Shown: piece by piece, positions 58,244 through 64,000 of the stretch
How the letters are laid out: each line of letters opens with the position of its first letter
Position numbering within the stretch: the stretch's first letter is position 1
Assembly (NCBI GenBank): GCA_035267805.1
Contig: DATFLI010000174.1
Coordinates: 110-64,109 of the forward strand
Origin: Balneolaceae bacterium
GTDB taxonomy: Bacteria; Bacteroidota; Rhodothermia; Balneolales; Balneolaceae
Reading direction: 5' to 3'
DNA length: 64,000 nt
Position numbers and translations under genes: made by a program
The notes under the pieces: generated by a model
What the model saw: only the letters and a program-made list of their open reading frames with translations
Database searches by the model: none
What the model was told of the DNA's origin: nothing

Positions 58244-61030
58244 TTATTTCTGATATTTTTTAATCACGACTGTGCTTTCATCGGAGGTAAGCGGAATTTC
58301 TACGACTTTTTTTGTGGAATCATTAAAATCGAGTGTGTGTTTCACCTCTCCATCCTCCAGGATTCTGTAATTGCCCGACAATCCGGAAAGATTCATTTGG
58401 GCGTGATGTGTAGAACCGGGGTCTGTATTTTCCAGCGTAAACGAAATTTGAGAAAGGTTGTCTCCTACCCTAACCGTTTTTTTATCAGCAAAATGGGCGT
58501 AAGACAACTCAATATGAACCCGCTGGTTGTCGCGAAGTATATCAAATCGCTTGCGGACGCCATCTTTGGGAACAACATCAACCACATTTCCTTCTTCTGT
58601 GAGGCTACCACCATAAGCAGTCATGCCAAAAATCGGGTCATCCACTAACACGGTAGTTGCCGCTCGCAGATAGCCTGTGAACCCAAGGTTAATCTCACAG
58701 CTATAATACCAGGAGCCTCTGCCATGCGGCTGGCCAAGCCAGTTATGACCATAAGCCAAAGGTTCAAATCCTCCCCCGGCTCCCCCGTCATTCACTTTGC
58801 CCGGAAACCAATACCCATAATTGCTGGCGGCGGTACCGGTATTCATCAAGGCCCAGGAACTTAGCTCTGAGGCATAAGCCAATCGCAGATATTTATATGG
58901 AGTAGTTGCATAATGTAAGGCGTATTCCAGAATTGACCAGCCGCCCATCTGTGCCATGTAGCTTAAGGTGTACCTATCGTTGCCCCCGCCCCGGTAATCA
59001 CTGCCGTATATATAATATGCTTTCTCCACCCAGCCACGGCTCCCAACATTCAGGGCATTCTGTTGCTTCATAAAGCTCCAGGCCGAATCTTCGGATACGC
59101 CCAACGGCAATAAAGGATTTTTATCCGAACGGCCTGCATGTTTCATAGCATAATCCGCAAAAGCATAGGTTGATTCAAAGCCGGTGGTATCATAGGGGTA
59201 TTCAGATCTGAACATATTGGCCTGCCCGCTAAGGAAATAAGCTACTTTTCGTTCCCAGTGCATCCGCAAGCGGTCAGCCTTGACTTGCCACCCTGCAGAT
59301 TCCAGCTCCTTGACTAGACTCAGAATAGCTACTTCGTTATAATTGCCCGTGTGGTAGGGAGACCAATGTATTACTTCCCTGGGATACAGGTAGTAAGCCA
59401 TGGCCGTACCATAGGCTCGCTGCAGATATTGCTTCCAATTTAGCTGGGTGTTGATGCTATTATGATACCGGGCAATACGGTACATGCTCAAATACATCTG
59501 TATGATGTGCGGGTAATCGTAAATTCGCCAAATATGCATTTTTCCCCTGGGCCCCGGGTCGGAACTTTCGCGGTTTGCCTTCCAATCAGGGATTCCATAA
59601 ATCGCATAAGGATAACTTTCATCGGTTGTCATTTGCAGACCGCCCCATACAAATTTGCTGATATATTTATCCAGCGCATCTACTTCTTTTTGATTGGGAA
59701 AAATGACATTCTTTTTTGCCAGAAAGGAGGGACGAGAAAGTGCCGGATCATCACTGGCGACCATATAACGGCGACCTTCGGGGATGTTATAAATGTCGTC
59801 CGGTGATAAAAGCACATCATCTTTCATATCCCAGTCGCTAAATAATCCATTGTACCATTTTTGGGGATTGTCAATTTGTTGCCGGTCAACAAGAAATCGA
59901 GCCCGTTTTTTAATAAGCGTCTCGATAGGTTGGGTCACAAAGAATTCCAGATACATATGCCGGCCTTTGTCATAGCGAACCGTAAGTTTATTTTCGCCTA
60001 ATTTCTTGAAATTGATGCTATACAAATGAAAGCCCTTTTTCTCTCCAAGAGCTTTGATAGTAGTTTTTTCGGGGAATTCGGCTTCGATTTTATCAATCGA
60101 ATATTTATTTCTTAAAGCAATCTTCGTGCTGACATCATTGGGGACCGTCATCCCCGGCTCTACATAAATATCAAACAACCCATTCTCATAAAGTTTTTGA
60201 CGGATATCATCATATCCCGAAGCCCACTGGAACCGAAAGCCTGCCTCCCAGCTTTTACCTGGCTGAAGAGTAACACCGGTGTGAGGTTGACGCCAGCTAC
60301 CGTCTTTCTGGTGAATAACTTTTTTCTGTGCCAAAGAATGAATATAGGCAGTATAAATAGAACGTCCCTGCCTGTTTTGAGTATGAGTACTCTCATCATA
60401 GTACTCCAATTGGGTATCGCCCATGGGGGTCATCAAAAGGTATGGCGGCTTTGCATTACATCTTGTCCAAAAGATATACGATTGATTACCTTCGATCATC
60501 GAATGACGAATCACACGTTTATTATATGTTACGCTTGCCCTGGAAGACCAGTTATGATTCATTGGAAAAGGCACAGCTATGTCACCGACTTCTAACGGAC
60601 GCTCATCACGATTTTCCAATTGTAATTGCCAAAGCAACTCATCCTTAACGATATCAAAAGAAATCGTGAGCACAAGGTCCTGATTCTCGGCCTTAACTGT
60701 GTATTTTCTGTCATTCTCATCCCAGGTATATTTCAGGGATCCCTCCTCGGCTTGATGACTGGTGGATAACATTTTCCAATCGCCGCCGGATTTTCTATAC
60801 CTGATGATGACATCGCCAAATCTTTTACCCGCCGATATGTAATCGGTATCAAAGCGGTCATTTTTACGTTTGAGACTGGTGATAGCTCCTTTTTTAACTG
60901 CCAATACAAAAGGGGAAGACGAACTCTTTACCATAACGGAGTCTTTAGTACTGTCAGCATAAGAACGGCTTGCGTAAAAAATGCCAATAAGGAGAAAGAG
61001 GTAAAGTATTTTGCCAATTTTCTTATTCAT
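58244..61030 (-). CDS. DUF5695-like secreted protein (divergent paralog)
   Basis: Shares RIYDYPH, SEYPYDTTGFE and DDPIFGMTAYGG with the neighbouring gene. Signal peptide from ATG 61030; the track start is 61051. Confidence 0.7.
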   Translation of the reverse strand: MNKKIGKILYLFLLIGIFYASRSYADSTKDSVMVKSSSSPFVLAVKKGAITSLKRKNDRFDTDYISAGKRFGDVIIRYRKSGGDWKMLSTSHQAEEGSLKYTWDENDRKYTVKAENQDLVLTISFDIVKDELLWQLQLENRDERPLEVGDIAVPFPMNHNWSSRASVTYNKRVIRHSMIEGNQSYIFWTRCNAKPPYLLMTPMGDTQLEYYDESTHTQNRQGRSIYTAYIHSLAQKKVIHQKDGSWRQPHTGVTLQPGKSWEAGFRFQWASGYDDIRQKLYENGLFDIYVEPGMTVPNDVSTKIALRNKYSIDKIEAEFPEKTTIKALGEKKGFHLYSINFKKLGENKLTVRYDKGRHMYLEFFVTQPIETLIKKRARFLVDRQQIDNPQKWYNGLFSDWDMKDDVLLSPDDIYNIPEGRRYMVASDDPALSRPSFLAKKNVIFPNQKEVDALDKYISKFVWGGLQMTTDESYPYAIYGIPDWKANRESSDPGPRGKMHIWRIYDYPHIIQMYLSMYRIARYHNSINTQLNWKQYLQRAYGTAMAYYLYPREVIHWSPYHTGNYNEVAILSLVKELESAGWQVKADRLRMHWERKVAYFLSGQANMFRSEYPYDTTGFESTYAFADYAMKHAGRSDKNPLLPLGVSEDSAWSFMKQQNALNVGSRGWVEKAYYIYGSDYRGGGNDRYTLSYMAQMGGWSILEYALHYATTPYKYLRLAYASELSSWALMNTGTAASNYGYWFPGKVNDGGAGGGFEPLAYGHNWLGQPHGRGSWYYSCEINLGFTGYLRAATTVLVDDPIFGMTAYGGSLTEEGNVVDVVPKDGVRKRFDILRDNQRVHIELSYAHFADKKTVRVGDNLSQISFTLENTDPGSTHHAQMNLSGLSGNYRILEDGEVKHTLDFNDSTKKVVEIPLTSDESTVVIKKYQK

Positions 61031-61101
61031 AGAACCACTGGAACTTCGCAAGTTTGAATTTTCTATTCATCTCATTCTACCGTTTTTAAATCCGGTTAAT
61101 A

Positions 61102-62082
61102 TTAACGGGATCTCAATCGGGCCTTACTTTTATAAAAAACATCCATAGGGATATGATGGGTGGAGGGATATACTTCGGCCAATAGTTTATAAAGTGCAGG
61201 ATCATAAGCTTTCAGATCCTGTGAGGAGAGGATATCCACATCCCCCCTTTTATATTCCATATTCGAATTAAACCAAAACTGCGTTCCCTCGGCCCAGTAT
61301 TCTTCCACTGTATTTGCCGCGTAGCTATTTTTCCAGAGTCCTCTTTTCATGGCCTGCCGATAGGCCTTTTCAATAGCTTTTGCCAGTGGCTTATCCACCG
61401 ATCGGATAGCCCGGTGGATACCATGACTAAACTCATGTACCAAAATATTCTCACCAAAATATTTGGTGCCGGGATATCCCAGAATGTTCTCTTCAGCACA
61501 AGTCGTATATCTTCCCCCCATCCCGCGAGCTCTTTTATTCCAGTACTGCGCAGCCGTCATATTAGCGATACGATCGTAATGAGCCCGCTCGTAATCTGTC
61601 AGCCGCGGGTCGTCTCTCAACGGCTTTTTCCAGTTACGCTGCTCGGGCAGGTCCATAGTCGAATCCGTGTCAGCCATCACCCCTACCCGGAAGCCTACTC
61701 TTGCCATCTCCTTTCGAAGATCCGGCCGATTGGATAGCATATAGAGTACGATATCCCTGGCCACCAACAAGCCGGTATCGGGCACATCACCGGAAGCGGT
61801 AATGGGAATACCTTCGGCATTGGTATATTTTTTATAAAATGGATCGAGATTTAATGAGTCCGGAGGCTGCGTTACAGTCGCCTTATAATAATCAGTTATC
61901 AAGGCATTAGCAGGCTGGGCACTACCTTGTTGAACCCCTGTCAGTCCCGCCGTAATAAGTACACATCCAAAAAGTAAAACACGCCACCATTGCGCATAAT
62001 TTATCCAGCGATACAGTGAGTTAACTGTTAATTCATTTTTGACAAGCCTTCCATTCGGAAAAAAACGTTTGAATTTTTTCAT
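61102..62082 (-). CDS. Secreted zincin metallopeptidase-like protein (HEXXH...EYWAE)
   Basis: NILVHEFSHGIH, YAANTVEEYWAEG and LKAYDPALYKLL, with a hydrophobic signal segment. Confidence 0.7.
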   Translation of the reverse strand: MKKFKRFFPNGRLVKNELTVNSLYRWINYAQWWRVLLFGCVLITAGLTGVQQGSAQPANALITDYYKATVTQPPDSLNLDPFYKKYTNAEGIPITASGDVPDTGLLVARDIVLYMLSNRPDLRKEMARVGFRVGVMADTDSTMDLPEQRNWKKPLRDDPRLTDYERAHYDRIANMTAAQYWNKRARGMGGRYTTCAEENILGYPGTKYFGENILVHEFSHGIHRAIRSVDKPLAKAIEKAYRQAMKRGLWKNSYAANTVEEYWAEGTQFWFNSNMEYKRGDVDILSSQDLKAYDPALYKLLAEVYPSTHHIPMDVFYKSKARLRSR

Positions 62083-62095
62083 CGGTCTATGCTTA

Positions 62096-64000
62096 CTATT
62101 TTACCCTGAATCTTAAGATTACCGCACTGATAGCCGGAATCTGAATACTATTGTCCTTAATTTCGACCGGTTGATTCATCGCTTTCACAGCATCCTTGTT
62201 ATCGGCACTGTTATAAACCATATCATTTTTCCCAGTGACAATGGTGGCAGTTCCCTGATCTTGAATGGTTTTCCCAATCACTTTAAGTGCCAGTTTTTGC
62301 TTACCGTGCGTGGGATTTACTACTGAAACCGTGAGATATTTTCCGTCTTTTGTCAGACAAGCCGCTATATCAAAGGGAAGTTTCTCTCCTTCGACAGTTA
62401 CAGGTATAGAACCGAAGTTATTCCGGTATGTTTTTAACACCACTCCTGTAGCAGCCAAAAATGAAGTCGTTGGGGTGGCTTTGATTGCACCAATTACATT
62501 AATCGTCTGGGCATAATTAGCCATAAAATAGACATCGGAATTACGCGACAATGCATTTATGCCAGCAGCAATTCCTAATGCATCGCGCAAGAAATACCTG
62601 GTCCCCAGCAATCCATAGACATGAGGCCCGTACCAGTAATTCCATTCATCCAGCACAATTGGGATATTTTTGTCCTGCAATACCTCCAGTTCTTTATTCA
62701 TCTTACGATGCTGGCGGGCGATATCATTAATAGCATGGGGCATCTGCATTACATGAGTCATCAATCCACCCCCATGCCAATTCTGGCGATAAAAATGCTG
62801 GCTGATATAACTCATATAATCAGCACTATTTTTATACATCATTGCATTCCATTTTGGCGTATCCCCAACGCCGACTAAGCTGATATCCGGATCTACCTTC
62901 CACATGGCCTTGGCAACGCGATTGTGTTTCTTCACATACTTCTTTTCGGGCATATGTCCCAATTGCCAGTTCCCAAACATTTCGTTACCCACAGCAAAAA
63001 ACTTGACACCAAAAGGTTTCGGGTGACCGTTTTGGGCTCGCCATTTACCCATCGGCGTCTTAGTAGAACCATTTAAATACTGTACCTCCTGGGCCGCCAA
63101 ACGCGCCGTGCCAAGACCGGTATTAATGGCAATATAAGGTTCAGCATTCAATATGTTGCACAACTTCATAAACTCATGAAGCCCCACGTCATTAGACTCA
63201 ACAGCCTTCCAGCGGTTCTTTTTATAATTTGATTCCCAGGCAAGATTAATTTTCGGCGGACGCTTATCGCGGTCGCCCACTCCATCTTTCCAATTATATC
63301 CGCTCACAAAATTACCTCCCGGCCAGCGATAAACCGGTGCATTCAGTTCTTTCATAAGGGCAATAACATCGAGACGGAACCCCTGGATATTATCGGCGGA
63401 CATAAGCGAAGCCGTTCCAATACTGATCTCTCCCTTGCCATCCAATACAATCGATAGTTTGCCATTTCGGGTGGTAGATCCTGATTCAAAATTAAAATGA
63501 TAGGTCTTGTAACCCTGCGTTAAAGAATCAATCTCAAAAGTATCACGCTGATTATTTGTATCTCCCCATGACAAGGATACCTTTATTGGCCGTTGTACTC
63601 CATTGCCGGCCAAAACGATTCTGCCTTCGTATTTTTTTCCACTTTTAAGTGCTAAATTTTCCTGGCTTAGAATCGCATTAGCCTTTGAGTTTTCTATCAT
63701 TACAGGCGAATACTTACCTGTAAAAGCATCCAATGAATCAATACGCAGCTGGGATGAATCTTGTGAACTATATTTCCAAGGAGAATTTCTGGAATTAGGC
63801 TTAAAATAAAATTTTCTATCCTGTAGCATTTCCGCCCAGATGCCTCCATAAATCGAGTTGCCCATCTGTTCAATAAATTGCCCATACACATATTTGGAAA
63901 GCGGGCTTTGTTTCTGAGATAGATTGATTGTTATAGAAGGATTCATGGAAGTAACCGAAACCCTGGTCAGCTCAATGTCATCGATCCATACTTTGCCTTT
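62096..64000 (-). CDS. GH51 alpha-L-arabinofuranosidase-like protein with CBM-like domains; 5' end lies beyond the window
   Basis: YGQFIEQMG, RWPGGNFVSGY, VGNEMFG, DEWNYW and MANYAQTINVIG. The frame stays open from 63946 to the window edge (KGKVWIDDIELTRVSVTS), a typical CBM4/9-like C-terminal strand. Confidence 0.9.
   Translation of the reverse strand, partial: KGKVWIDDIELTRVSVTSMNPSITINLSQKQSPLSKYVYGQFIEQMGNSIYGGIWAEMLQDRKFYFKPNSRNSPWKYSSQDSSQLRIDSLDAFTGKYSPVMIENSKANAILSQENLALKSGKKYEGRIVLAGNGVQRPIKVSLSWGDTNNQRDTFEIDSLTQGYKTYHFNFESGSTTRNGKLSIVLDGKGEISIGTASLMSADNIQGFRLDVIALMKELNAPVYRWPGGNFVSGYNWKDGVGDRDKRPPKINLAWESNYKKNRWKAVESNDVGLHEFMKLCNILNAEPYIAINTGLGTARLAAQEVQYLNGSTKTPMGKWRAQNGHPKPFGVKFFAVGNEMFGNWQLGHMPEKKYVKKHNRVAKAMWKVDPDISLVGVGDTPKWNAMMYKNSADYMSYISQHFYRQNWHGGGLMTHVMQMPHAINDIARQHRKMNKELEVLQDKNIPIVLDEWNYWYGPHVYGLLGTRYFLRDALGIAAGINALSRNSDVYFMANYAQTINVIGAIKATPTTSFLAATGVVLKTYRNNFGSIPVTVEGEKLPFDIAACLTKDGKYLTVSVVNPTHGKQKLALKVIGKTIQDQGTATIVTGKNDMVYNSADNKDAVKAMNQPVEIKDNSIQIPAISAVILRFRVK

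Noticed and set aside
811-63891. Many short ORFs (60-222 aa) in the track, e.g. 28577-29206, 37885-38553 and 43964-44572 on the plus strand
   Set aside because: They are antisense or out-of-frame shadows lying within long, well-supported genes and have no recognisable motifs.
1-64000. CRISPR array, tRNA/rRNA, prophage, defence or transposase genes
   Set aside because: No regularly spaced repeats, RNA-gene signatures or such protein motifs were seen; coding density leaves only short spacers.

Overview
Bacterial catabolic island with almost every gene on the minus strand. SusC/SusD pairs and acidic cytoplasmic enzymes suggest a Bacteroidota/Balneolota-like, possibly halophilic organism (inference). 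There are three modules. (1) 550-19974 is an arabinan/L-arabinose utilization locus: SusC/SusD, 2x GH51, GH43, GH97, mutarotase, NrtR-family AraR, araB-araD-araA and a Na+/sugar symporter, with three palindromic AAGTGT-N7-ACACTT operators. (2) 20477-55346 is a SusC/SusD locus with mostly peptidases and beta-propeller proteins rather than glycosidases: FG-GAP/ASPIC lipoprotein, 2x VPS10/sortilin-like proteins, NSS amino-acid transporter, GH31, 2x S9 peptidases, M1 aminopeptidase and an unknown secreted protein. It includes a complete four-gene 4-hydroxyproline catabolic pathway and a divergent AraC regulator. A 35-bp motif (29/35 identical) occurs upstream of both the SusC gene and the hydroxyproline operon 26 kb apart, pointing to one regulon: a candidate hydroxyproline-(glyco)peptide utilization system. 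(3) 55395-64000 holds a GH51 (running off the window), an HEXXH zincin resembling the Pro-Pro endopeptidase/anthrax-LF fold, and two DUF5695-like proteins. Together the three modules may dismantle arabinosylated hydroxyproline-rich glycoproteins such as extensin, with collagen as the alternative substrate for module 2. Also seen: a frameshifted GH39 remnant, a MITE-like element, a REP-like element and several stem-loops. No rRNA, tRNA, CRISPR array or intact transposase was seen. All family assignments are from motif recognition, not database searches.
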